From Eledone cirrhosa (lineage: Eukaryota), in NCBI GenBank assembly GCA_964016885.1, contig OZ024741.1:344968001-345032000 (forward strand): a stretch of DNA of 64,000 nucleotides, read 5' to 3'. The number at the start of each line of letters is the position of its first letter. The first letter of the stretch is position 1. The notes below the pieces were generated by a model that worked only from the letters and a program-made list of their open reading frames with translations, made no database searches and was not told where the DNA came from. The translations under genes and the position numbers were made by a program. Of the stretch, positions 1 to 12,550 are shown piece by piece.

Positions 1-49
<49 letters not shown>

Positions 50-53
<4 letters not shown>

Positions 54-200
54 CCGGTTGGTTGGTTGGTTCAATAACCGGATAGCTGTTTATATATTGT
101 CAAAGCTCTTCCGTCACACATTCTGTGACCTCCTCAGTGACTGGGTTTTTATTTCATCAGGTTATCGAACCAATGAACCAACTGATTCATTATAATAAAC
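50..200 (-). mobile_element. Short hammerhead-bearing element (Penelope-type terminus); second copy on + at about 10600-10725
   Basis: Minus strand TCA CTGAGGA G GTCACA-GAATG-TGTGAC GGAA GAGCTT TGA. The reverse-complement homolog at 10634-10720 shares flanks and has CTTAGGA/CAAAA. Confidence 0.6.
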
Positions 201-940
201 ATATATATGTATGTATGTATATAATGTGTTAAGCAACTGCTATATATGTTTGGCCACACCTCTAAATCTTTGGCCATACCCTCTAAATCTTTGGTTACAC
301 CTGTAAAAGAAGAAATCCTTATCATTATTGTTATTAGTCACCTAAAGATATTCATCTACAATTTTCCAACACAATCTAAAATTATGGTGGCAACAATGAT
401 GGCTGTAATAATGGTGATAGTGGTATTTGTTTTAGCTACTGATGCTAATGATGGTGATGATGATTTAGGTTGGCTGGAAATGATGGTGGTGCCAATGTCG
501 GTATTTGTAGTGTTAATCAAAAGCTGATATGAATGAAACTGTTGTTGTGTCAGTAATGATGGATGGTTTGAGCACTGATCAAGTTGGGAGTGCTTTCAAA
601 TGTCCTTGCTCTTGATGCTGTTGTTGTTGTTTACTCCTATATTAGCTTGATTAATCTAATTATCAAAGATATTCAAATATTCTGGCCATCCTATCATATA
701 TATATATATATTAGAGAGAGAGAGAGAGAGAGAGACAGAGATACTCTGTGGTGCTGAGACCAAGGAAACTACTAAACATGGGAGTATTAAATGCATGGAG
801 AAATGCAGAGTGGGTATAGAGATATGTAAAATCCTGACCTTGGCGCCTAGCAGTTTCAGCCTTTTTAAGGCTTGTTGAACACTCAAGCCAAAACCGCTTA
901 GCAACCACAGTCTGGATTTTACGTCTCTCTCTCTTTCTCT

Positions 941-981
<41 letters not shown>

Positions 982-1392
982 AAAGGCAAATAGAAATAAC
1001 AAAACATATGACACAGTATAATGAAGAAATGTATTATTATTTTTACGCTTGATGTAGTAGGAAAATAGTGTTAATGTTTGGAATGCTAGTCCTCCATCAG
1101 AAAATTAATGAGAAATCAAAGAAGAAATAGAAAGATAAGGGAGAGTGGGCGGTGGCAGAAATGAAAAAAAATTTTAGAAAAAAACAGGTTCATTCAAGTC
1201 ACCATCTCTTGAAAAACTGTTGATTCTGGCATTGTTGTATAAGTTGATCTTGTTTTAAAAGGCAGTGATTGAACACGTCTAGCTGAAAAGGAAAATAATA
1301 TTGTTTTGTATAGAGAGCGTGTGTGTGTGTTTGTAAGTCTGTTATTTGTCTGTACAAAGCTAAGAGGAGGTGTGTGTATATATAAGTTTAAG

Positions 1393-1428
<36 letters not shown>

Positions 1429-2492
1429 CATGCACACGTGTGTATGTTTTGTTGTAAGTACAAAGCTGTGAGGATATGTGTGTGTATATGCTTATGAGGG
1501 TGTGTGTGTTAATTGTTGGTCTGTGCGTGTTGTTGTTGGTCTGTACAAGCTGTAAAAGTGTGTTTCTGACTGCAATAGAGCCATAGGAAGGAACCTAGGG
1601 GATAAATGTGTGCACGTGTGTGACAGTGGAAAAGGTAAGGGTGATAATGGCTAGATGTATAGAAGTAAGAGTAAGCGTATGTGTGCAATATATATATATA
1701 GCCTTACAATGAAACGTTATGTGATATGACTGAAGGCAAACAATTGTAGTTTGTCCCTTCACTTATTTAAATACACTAAACTTGGTGTTGGAAACCTGTC
1801 AACTCATCTTAGTGTAGTGGTCTTTAAAGCAGTTGACTAGTCTACAACAGATACATAGTTTCATTCCTGTAGGTGGTTCTGTCACATTTTCTATCATACA
1901 TCACATGTATAATCTTAACCCTTTATATTACATGTACACACACTTACACATGCATATAGTGTATTGGTGTGTAATGTTGAAGAATCCACAAGTCAGATGA
2001 GCTATCAAGTCCAGAGCCAGACTCGATCAGTACCAATCCTACCTTCAACTGATCACAAAACGAATGTCATGTGTGAATAAACATAATGATATCATATTGA
2101 TACCTTGTTCTTGATCCTTATCATTCAAAGACCCCCTTCGGTCATGAATGACGATGAGATTTGCACATAGAAAGTTTCCCTCTGAGGTACAAGTCCAGGC
2201 AAGGTTGTTTGTAGAAGACCAGTAGTCGCCCATGCATACCAGCCTCCCCTCTCCATGCAACCGATGATGTCCAAGGGAAAGGCAATGGCCAATACAGCTT
2301 GACACCAGTGACGGCTCAGCGCATTTCTACAACTGAGTAAACTGGATCAACATAAAATAAAGTGTCTTGCTCAAAAACACAACGCAGCACCCGATACAAG
2401 ATTTGAACTCACAGCCTTTCGATTGCAAGCCCAATGCTCTAACCACTAAGCCATGCGTCTTATCATTATTATTCTAGCATAGTTATGTCCCT

Positions 2493-3470
2493 AAGGCGGT
2501 GGATTGGCAGTATCGGTAGAGGGTCGGACGCCTTGCTTTCCAGCATAGTTACGTCCCTTTACGATCTGAGTTCAAATCCCGCCGAGGTATACTTTGCCTT
2601 TCATCCTTACGGGGTCGATAAAATAAAGTACCAGTAATGCACTGGTTAATTGCTGGCCTTGTGCCTAAAGTAGAAACAATTATTATTCTAGCATAGTTAT
2701 GTCCCTTTACGGTCTGAGTTCAAATCCCGTCGAGGTTAACTTTGCCTTTCATCCTTACGGGGTCGATAAAATAAAGCACCTGTAACGTACTTGGGTCGAT
2801 TTAATCGATTTTCCACTGCCCCCAAATTACTGGCCTTGGGCCTATACTAGAAATCATTATTGTTATTATTAGGGTGTGGATTGGTAGTATTGGTAGAGCA
2901 TCAGCCAACATGCTTTAGGGCATGTTATAGCCCTCTACATTCTGAGATCAAATCCTGGTGAGGTTAGCTTTACCTTTCATCCTTACGGGGTCGATAAAAT
3001 AAAGTACCAATCACGCATTAGGGTCGATTTAATTGACTTTCCTCTGCCCCAAAATTGCTGGCCTTGTGCCTATATAAGAAACCATTATTATTACTATTAG
3101 GGCGGTGAATTGGCAGTATCAGTAGAGGGTCAGACATGCTTTCCAGCACAGTTACGTCCCTTTACGGTCTGAGTTCAAATCCCCTCGAGGTTAACTTTGC
3201 CTTTTATTCTTACCGGGTCGATAAAATAAAGTACCAGTAATGTACTGTGTAATTGCTGGCCTTGTGCAAAAAGTAGAAACAATTATTATTACTATTAGGG
3301 CAGTGAATTGACAGTATCAGTAGAACGTCAGACAACATGCTTCGCAGCAGAGTTGCGGCCCTTTACATTCTGAGTTCAAATCCCGCTGAGGTTAGCTTTG
3401 CTTTTCATTCTTACAAGATCGATAAAATAAAGTACCAGTAATGCACTGGGTCGATTTAATCAACTTTCCA
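2493..3470 (+). mobile_element. Head-to-tail cluster of about 5 copies of the dominant tRNA-type SINE (family A)
   Basis: TGGCAGTATCGGTAG A-box-like head, GAGTTCAAATCC B-box, GCCTTTCATCCTTACGGGGTCGATAAAATAAAGTACCAG core and (ATT)n tail. More than 30 copies in the window on both strands. Confidence 0.88.
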
Positions 3471-4599
3471 TCATGGGAAAATGTCTACTACCATAGCTTT
3501 GTAACATCCAATGCCATACGAATGAATTTTGCAAGGACTGAGGAACTTTCATCACTTTCAACATCATCATCATCATCATCATCATATATTTAACATTGTT
3601 TAATGCCTGATTTCATTGTTAGTAAGGGTTGAACAGGTTGTCACAAAGTCAGTACTCAACAGGAGCCACTGATCCCAGTTTACAAAGTGTATTGGGTGTA
3701 TTTTATTGTGGCACCAACACTAAAGTTATCAACATGTCTTTGATACAATTGAAAACTCCTCTCTTTCTATGGCCACTTTACAGAGTAACTCGCTACATCT
3801 TTTTATTGCTACCAATGAAATAGAGCGGTGGATAATTGGGTAGTTATCACATGATACACATGACAGGTGCAATGTGTGCAAACACGGAAGAGCCAAATTC
3901 CCACCGTCATCGCCCTCATCTCTCTCACCCTTGACACCATCTCTCTGTGTGGTGAACAGATGGGGTCCCACGTGATGGCTTCCCCACAGCTCTGGCGGAC
4001 AGAATGGAGAAGGCGTTTCCCCGGAGGATGGTAAGGGAGATGCGCTGGAAGAGCCATTCCATCTCGCGAGGCTCACACCTGTGGTTGGCCAACTCAACGC
4101 CTATGGTGTGAGTAGGGAGGTAGCCCTAGGGCCAAGGACGCCAGAAATTTCCACTGCGAAGGGCACGACCACAAGACCGGCCCTAGAGAGATTGTTGTGT
4201 CATTGACTTGAGCAAAGAACCTCTCTACCCTATGTATGTGTGTATGGGGTGAAGTGTGGCTAGGCTGGGGGACAACATCAGAATGTTGTGGGGAGTGTGG
4301 GGCTGATAAGTATTATGTCATGTGTGTGGGACAGGATTGATGAGGTTCAAGGTGGTGATGTTAGGGTAGAGAAGGAGGAAGAGGAGGATGATGATGACAT
4401 GCATGTGTGTGTCCCATTATATCTTTTAGCTTGCCTATTTGTCTCTCTCACTCTCTGTCTCTTTCTGCTCCTCTTTGCCTCTTTCTTCCCCATGCACCCT
4501 CCCTCACTTGCTCATGCACTAATTCTGTCTTTCATTCACACTCACTTCTTATTTCCTTCACTCACACTCATGTCTTTCTTTTCTACCCTCCTTCTTTTC

Positions 4600-6555
4600 C
4601 CCACCAACCTTCCCACCTTCCTCTCCACCTTTATCTCTTCCTCCCACCCCCTCCCTTCCTTCCCACCCTCCTATCTTCCTTCCCAGCCTCCTCCCTTCCT
4701 TCCCACCCTCCTCTCCACCTTCCTCTCTTCCTTCCAACCTACCTACCCACCAACCTTTCCACCAACTTACCTTCCTTCCTACCAACCTACCTTACACACC
4801 CACAAACCTTCCCACCAACCTACCCTTCAACCTCCTCTCCTACCAACCTTCCTACCCACCAACCTACCCACTAATTACCCACCAAACTTCCTATCTAACT
4901 ACCCACCTACCTTCCTACCTACCCACCAACCTACCTACCCATCATCCTACCCACTAACCTACACACCAACCTACCTACTCACCCACCTACCCACTCACCA
5001 ACCTACTTACCTACCAACCTACCTTCCTTCCTACTTACCCAACAACCCACCCACCAACCTTCCCACCAACAACCTACCCACCATTCTACCCACTAATTAC
5101 CCACCAACCTTCCTTCGCATCTACCTACCCACCAACCTACCTTCCTAACTACCCACCAACCTATCTACCTACCAACCTACCCACCACCCTACCTACCACC
5201 CTACCTACCCACTAACCTACCCACACACTTACCTACCCACTAACCTACCCACCAACCTACCTACCCACTAACCTATCTACCCACTAACCTACCTACCCAC
5301 TAACCTACCTACCCACCAACCTACCTATTCACTAACCTACCCACCAACCAACCTATCCACTAACCTACCCACCAACCTACCTACCCACCAACCTACCCAC
5401 CCACTAACCTACCCACCAACCTACCCACCAACCTACCTACCCACCAACCTACCCACCAACCTACCTACCCACTAACCTACCCACCAACCTACCTACCCAC
5501 TAACCTATCCACCTACCTACCTATCCACTAACCTACCTACCCACTAACCCACCCACCAACCTACCTACCCACCACCCTACCCACCCACTAACCTACCCAC
5601 CAACCTACCTACCCACTAACCTGCCCACCAACCTACCCACCCACTAACCTACCCACCAACCTACCTATCCACTAACCTACCCACCAACCTACCTACCCAC
5701 TAACCTACCCACCAACTAACCTATCCACCAACCTACCTATCCACTAACCTACCCACCAACCTACCTACCCACTAACCTACCCACTAACCTACCCACCAAC
5801 CTACCTACCCACCACCCTACCCACCCACTAACCTACCCACCAACCTACCTACCCACCAACCTACCTACCCACTAACCTACCCACCAACCTACCTACCCAC
5901 CAACCTACCCACCCACTAACCTACCCACCCACTAACCTACCCACCAACCTACCTACCCACCAACCTACCTACCCACCAACCTACCTACCCACTAACCTAC
6001 CCACCAATCTACCCACTTGTCTACCCACCAACCTACCTACCCACTAACCTACCCACCAACCTACCTACCCACCAACCTACCCACCAACCTACCCACCCAC
6101 TAACCTACCCACCCACTAACCTACCCACCACCCTACCTACCCACCAACCTACCTACCCACCAACCTACCTACCCACTAACCTACCCACCAATCTACCCAC
6201 TAACCTACCCACCAACCTACCTACCCACTAACCTACCTACCCACTAACCCACCCACCAACCTACCTACCCACTAACCTACCCACACACTTACCTGCCCAC
6301 CAACCTACCCACCAACCTACCTACCCACCAACCTACCCACCTTCTAACCTACCCACCAACCTTTCTACCTGCCTACCTACCCACTAACCTACCCACCAAC
6401 CTACCTACCCACCAACCTACCTACCCACTATCCTACCCACCAACCTACCCACCAACCTACCCACCCACCAACCTACCTACCCACCAACCTACCCACCCAC
6501 CAACCTACCCACCCACTAACCTACCCACCAACCTTTCTACCCGCCTACCTTCCTT
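4600..6555. repeat. Compound C-rich satellite (ACCT/ACCC/ACCA/ACTA tetramers)
   Basis: About 2 kb of acctacccaccaacctacctacccacta variants, almost no G on +. Confidence 0.95.
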
Positions 6556-6604
6556 CCATCCCTTTATCTTATTGCTATTTCCCTGCTTCTTCCCGTTTTT
6601 ATAG

Positions 6605-6781
6605 ATATGGCTTTGTCCGATGCCGATTCTTCTAGCATCTCTCAGAATCGATGGTTGCCGGATGGAGAGAAAGCTCTCTACATGTCAGCTACCATTGGAA
6701 AGTTACACTCTACCACTACTACTACTACTACTACTACCAACAACACCACCACCACTACTACTACTATCACCACCACCAAAG
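6605..6781 (+). CDS. Probable internal exon of the MYT1-family gene (DMALSDADSSSISQNRWLPDGEKALYMSATIGKLHS-polyT-K)
   Basis: Pyrimidine tract plus ttttatAG acceptor ending at 6604 and AAAG|gtacaa donor at 6782. It is 177 nt, phase 1/1, and joins 15514 in frame (G+GC=Gly). It is an island of complex sequence between satellites. No recognisable homology. Confidence 0.5.
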
Positions 6782-6904
6782 GTACAATCAATTACGTTGC
6801 TTCTAAAATAAAAATGAAAAAAAAAAAATTTTAGAAAATGGAAAATAAAAAAAAGGGCATAAAGCATTCCCACTACACTTCTTTTACTTTACATTTCCAC
6901 TGTA

Positions 6905-6943
<39 letters not shown>

Positions 6944-7392
6944 GCTACCACTACTATCACTACCACTACTACCAACACTATTACTACCACCACCACCACT
7001 ATTATCACCACCACTATTACCACCACCAACCACTACCACCACCAACCACTACAAATACAACCACCCCAACTACCACTGCCACTACTACTATCACCTCTAC
7101 TACCACCACCACTACCACTAGTACTACCACCACCAACCACTAATACCACCACCACTACTACTACCACCACCATTATTACCACTACCACCACTACTATTAC
7201 CACCACTACTATTACCACCGCCGCTACTACTACCACCACTACAACCAGTACTACCAACCACTACAACCGTCGCCACGACTACTATCACCACCAATACTTG
7301 CCCCTGCACCACCATCACAACCATTAGCACCAATATAACCACCACCACCACCACTACTATCTCCATCTCCTTAACCAGCAACACGTGCCTTA

Positions 7393-8730
7393 ACACCACC
7401 ATCACAACCATCAGCACCACCATCACAACCATCAGCACCACCATCACAACCATCAGCACCACCATCACAACCATCAACACCACTATCACAACCATTAGCA
7501 CCACCATCACAACCATCAGCACCACCATCACAACCATCAGCACCATCATCACAACCATCAGCACCATCATCACAACCATCAGCACCATCATCACAACCAT
7601 CAGCACCATCATCACAACCATCAGCACCACCATCACAACCATCAGCACCACCATCACAACTATTAGCACCACCATCACAACCATCAGCACCACCATCACA
7701 ACCATCAGCACCACCATCACAACTATTAGCACCACCATCACAACCATCAACACCACCATCACAACCATCAGCACCACCATCACAACCATCAGCACCACCA
7801 TCACAACCATCAACACCACCATCACAACCATTAGCACCACCATCACAACCATCAACACCACCATCACAACCATTAGCACCACCATCACAACCATTAGCAC
7901 CACCACCATCAACACAACCAATAGCACCATCATCACAACCATCAACTCAACCATCAACACCACCATCACAACCATTAGCACCACCATCACAACCATTAGC
8001 ACCACCATCACAACCATTAGCACCACCATCACAACCATCAGCACCACCATCACAACCATCAACACCACCATCACAACCATTAGCACCACCATCACAACCA
8101 TCAGCACCACCATCACAACCATCAGCACCACCATCACAACCATCAGCACCATCATCACAACCATTAGCACCACCATCACAACCATCAACACCACCATCAC
8201 AACCATTAGCACCACCATCACAACCATCAACACCACCATCACAACCATTAGCACCACCATCACAACCATCAACACCACCATCACAACCATTAGCAGCACC
8301 ATCACAACCATCAGCACCACCATAACAACCATCGACACAACCATCAGCACCACTATCACAACCATTAGCACCACCATCACAATCATTATCACCACCATCA
8401 CAACCATCGACACAACCATTAGCACCACCATCACAACCATTAGCACCACCATCACAACCATTAGCACCACCATTAGCACCACCATCACAACCATTAGCAC
8501 CACCATCACAACCATTAGCACCACCATTAGCACCACCATTAGCACCACCATCACAACTATTAACAACACCATCACAACCATTAGCACCATCACCATCAAC
8601 ACAACCAATCATCAACTCAACCATCAACACAACCCTCACAACCATTAGCACCACCCTCACAACCATTAGCACCACCATCACAACTATTAACAACACCATC
8701 ACAACCATTAGCACCACCACCATCAACACC
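7393..8730. repeat. 21-bp minisatellite CACCACCATCACAACCATCAG
   Basis: Roughly 60 tandem units, embedded in (CAC/TAC)n from 6905 to 8905. Confidence 0.95.
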
Positions 8731-9545
8731 CCCAGCATCACCACCACCAACACCTCACCACCACCATAACCACCACCACCATCAGCATCCCCACCCCCAC
8801 CATACCACCATCAGCACCCCCACCATCACCACAGATACCTCATCATCACCAACACCATCCCCACCAACACTATCATCACCATCAGCACCACCACCATCAC
8901 CATATAGGACATTTACTTTACTTTTATCATATATTAACTATCCACTTTAAGTAAGTTTTTCCCTCACCATGACCACCCCACACACATGGTTCAGTGATGG
9001 GCCCAGATTTAGTTCTGCCCTAAGCACTTAGAAGACTATGTCATCCATCCACCCATATATATATAAAATCTTCTAAAAAAATGTATATTTTGGAATAACC
9101 AATATATTTGATTTGACTAAAATGATGCCTCCCACCCCTTTATATATACTGGGAGCAGAGTCCTCTGATACACCTTCCAGAGAGTTGTTGTTGTTCTTCT
9201 TCTTCTTCTGCCTCCTCCCCTCTCTGCCTACTTATTCCTAATGTTAGGCTCATGATTATACAGTTCAGAGTTCAATTCCCAGACCAGGTAGCACATTGTG
9301 TCACTGAGCAAGACACTTTATTTCATGATGCTCTAGTCCACTCAGCTGGAGTTGTGATGACACAGGTGCCAAATTGTATCTATATTTGCCTTTCCCTTAG
9401 ACAATATCGATGACATGGAGAGGAACTTTCCAAGTGAAAATCCGTGGTCAATGATTAGCACAAAGGGTATACTTATCTATTACAATCTGTAAAGCGGTCA
9501 ATGTTCAGAAAGACATGTATGTAACCATAGAAACCATGCCAAAAT

Positions 9546-10094
9546 GGTATAAGTAAGATGCTGTCTTCCAGCTTATCTAGGAGAGTACTAACTCCATATG
9601 AGAACTGGTATAAGTAAGATGCTGTCTTCCAACTCATCTAGGAGAGTACTAACTCTATATGAGAACTGGTATAAGTAAGATGCTGTCTTCCAACTCATCT
9701 AGGAGAGTACTAACTCTATATGAGAACTGGTATAAGTAAGATGTTGTCTTCCAACTCATCTAGGAGAGCACTAACTCCATATGAGAACTGGTATAAGTAA
9801 GATGCTGTCTTCCAACTCATCTAGGAGAGTACTAACTCTATATGAGAACTGGTATAAGTAAGATGCTGTCTTCCAACTCATCTAGGAGAGTACTAGCTCT
9901 ATATGAGAACTGGTATAAGTAAGATGCTGTCTTCCAACTCATCTAGGAGAGTACTAACTCTATATGAGAACTGGTATAAGTAAGATGCTGTCTTCCAACT
10001 CATCTAGGAGAGTACTAACTCCATATGAGAACTGGTATAAGTAAGATGCTGTCTTCCAACTCATCTAGGAGAGCACTAATTCTATATGAGAACT
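9546..10094. repeat. 61-bp minisatellite, 9 copies
   Basis: GGTATAAGTAAGATGCTGTCTTCCAACTCATCTAGGAGAGTACTAACTCTATATGAGAACT at exact 61-bp period. Confidence 0.97.
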
Positions 10095-11803
10095 GACTCA
10101 AACTACAATGTCCCATACAACTCACTTTCATATGGGAAGTAGACATAAAATGTCATGATGACTTTGCTTGCCTGAGAAAATATATTATCAAACAGATTAC
10201 CAAATTTGTGACTAGCTCATCCCTTTTTCAATTGAAGTTCATAAATGTAATCACAAAATCTATTCTGATAATTTCTTTGTTTATGCATTTCGCCTATGGA
10301 ATTCTCTTTTGGATTCTTGCTTTCCTGATCATCACTATTTGCAAAAATTCAAAAGCAACATCAATTGTCATCTCTCTCCTTGAATGATGTCCTCTCTCTG
10401 CTTGAATGATGTCCTCTGTCTTATCCTTTTGGCTTCTCAGAAACTCCTTACATTTTAGTGGCTGTGTATAACTTTATCATACACTTTGGCTGCTAGTCCA
10501 CTTCTTACTATATGTATCTATATGTATGTGTGTGTTTGTATATATATATATATATGTGTGTGTGTCTGTGTGTGTGTGTATATATGAGATGGTGTAGGAC
10601 AGAACAAAGGAGAAACACAAAATAAAAACCTAATCACTTAGGAGGTCACAGAATGTGTGACAAAAGAGCTTTGAGAAATATATAAACAACCATCCAGTTA
10701 TCAAACCAACCAACTGGAAATTTATAATAAATTGAAGTGAAAATCAACACCTGTGTGTTTTTATTGGCAGCATGACCCTCCCAAAGTATAACAATATCCG
10801 TTATACTTATAAGTATATATATATATATATGAGAAATGTCGATACGGATAAATGATGGGAGAGCAATACAACAGAAAGATGAGAGATATTAGTTTAATGC
10901 TTAATATAATAGGAAAAGTGTCTTAACATTTCAGAAGTTAGTGCTTCATTAAAAGATAGGTTGGGAGAGGGAAGAAGAAAGAAAAAGATAGGTGAGAGTA
11001 AAAAAAGAAAGTGGGCAAAACATTCTTTTTCAGGAGGAAAACATGGCTATATATGTAAATGTGTGTGTGTTTCTCTCTCCCCCATCTCCCCCCCTCCCTC
11101 TCTCTCTCTGTACATATATATACACACATACACACATACATACACACATACACACACACACACACACTGTAAATGTGGTTGGTGTTAGGAAGGGCATCCA
11201 ATGTAGAAAACCTGCCAGATAGTCCTATGCGAGCGAGTCACGATGACCCGACTAATCTTACCTCAAGTGGGACAACTCCCATCTAACCCATGCTAGCGTG
11301 GAAGATAGACGTTAAGCGATGATGATGATGATATATATATATATATAAGTATTGAAGTTTCCGTTGAAAATTGAAAAAGTCATAGGAGTGAAGAGTGCTC
11401 TATGTAAGTTACAGAGCTAAATTTAATGTATAATAAACATTGGTTAAAAATCCTTTTGACTGAAGTTGACTTTTTCAATTTTCAACAAAAACTTCAATAC
11501 TTATACAGCTCCCAAGGGAATGATCGTAGCATATTCTACATTTTTATGAGATTGGCACCTTTCAGTCCTTTTAAAGTCGAGCACTCTTCAGTCAAAAGGA
11601 TTTTTAACCAATGTTTATTATACAGTGGATTGGCAGTATCGGTAGAGAGTCGGACGCCATGCTTTCCAGCATAGTTACGTCCCTTTACGGTCTGAGTTCA
11701 AATCCCGCCGAGGTTTACTTTGCCTTTCATCCTTACGAGGTCGATAAAATAAAGTACCAGTAATGTACTGGGTAATTGCTGGCCTTGTGCCTAAAGTAGA
11801 AAC

Positions 11804-11861
<58 letters not shown>

Positions 11862-11865
<4 letters not shown>

Positions 11866-11961
11866 GGCGTCCCAAAAATTGTATACACACTTCAACTGCA
11901 TTCTAATAAATATTGCCTGTACAGGTAATCAAAGCGTGTATATGTTTTTTGGGGACACACT
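11862..11961. mobile_element. About 100-bp Tc1/mariner-type MITE; copies at about 49889-49991 and 38721-39191 (split by an RTE-tail insertion)
   Basis: CAGGGTGTCCCAAAAAATGTATACAC-like TIRs embedded in TA repeats, with a shared interior. Confidence 0.65.
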
Positions 11962-12499
11962 ATATGTGTGTGTGTGTGTGTATGTATGCATGTAAGTATA
12001 TGTATGTAAAAAGTCAAACAATATAGTAAAATGATGATATATATTAGTTTAACAAATGATAAAGTTGTGCTATGAAGTCCAAAAATGTGTAGTAACTATT
12101 TTTGAGGAGTAAGCCCCGCAAAGAGGGGTAGCTGTTACAGTGGATGTCCACGGAAATGCTTTTGCGGTCTTGTCCATGCAGTACAGTCCCAATACCACTG
12201 CACCCTAGTCCTTGAGCCCATCAGCTCCATCCCCTTCCAATTCTTATGTGACACTAGAGCCCTTACCTTTCCCTTCCTTTTCCATTTTCATAACCACAAA
12301 AGGCACATTTTTTTAATGATAAAACTTTTAACTATTTAAAGGTCTATAATTCTTGTCAACTTAGCCATTTGATAAATGAGAATCAGACTAAGCACTAGGA
12401 TTGATATCACTAAATCTCTTAAATGCATTGCCCCTGCATGGCCATAATCCAATGACTGAAACCAGTATAAGATTAAAAGAATGAAAAAATCTCTTTCGT

Positions 12500-12550
<51 letters not shown>

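Noticed and set aside
2493-2600. tRNA-like A and B boxes
   Set aside because: SINE heads with no complete cloverleaf, so not called as tRNA genes.
3826-4230. GC-richer island with short ORFs
   Set aside because: No recognisable protein motif or compatible splice sites; probably an unidentified TE fragment.
4288-5148. 286-aa Pro/Thr-rich ORF
   Set aside because: Read-through of the C-rich satellite.
7124-8753. Long ORFs (MVVMVVL)n and (GCDGGAN)n; GCDG echoes the zinc-finger PGCDG
   Set aside because: Translation of a stop-free 21-bp minisatellite, antisense within an intron. The GCDG match is coincidental.
9546-10094. Regular array resembling CRISPR
   Set aside because: Units are contiguous with no unique spacers, there are no cas genes, and the context is eukaryotic.
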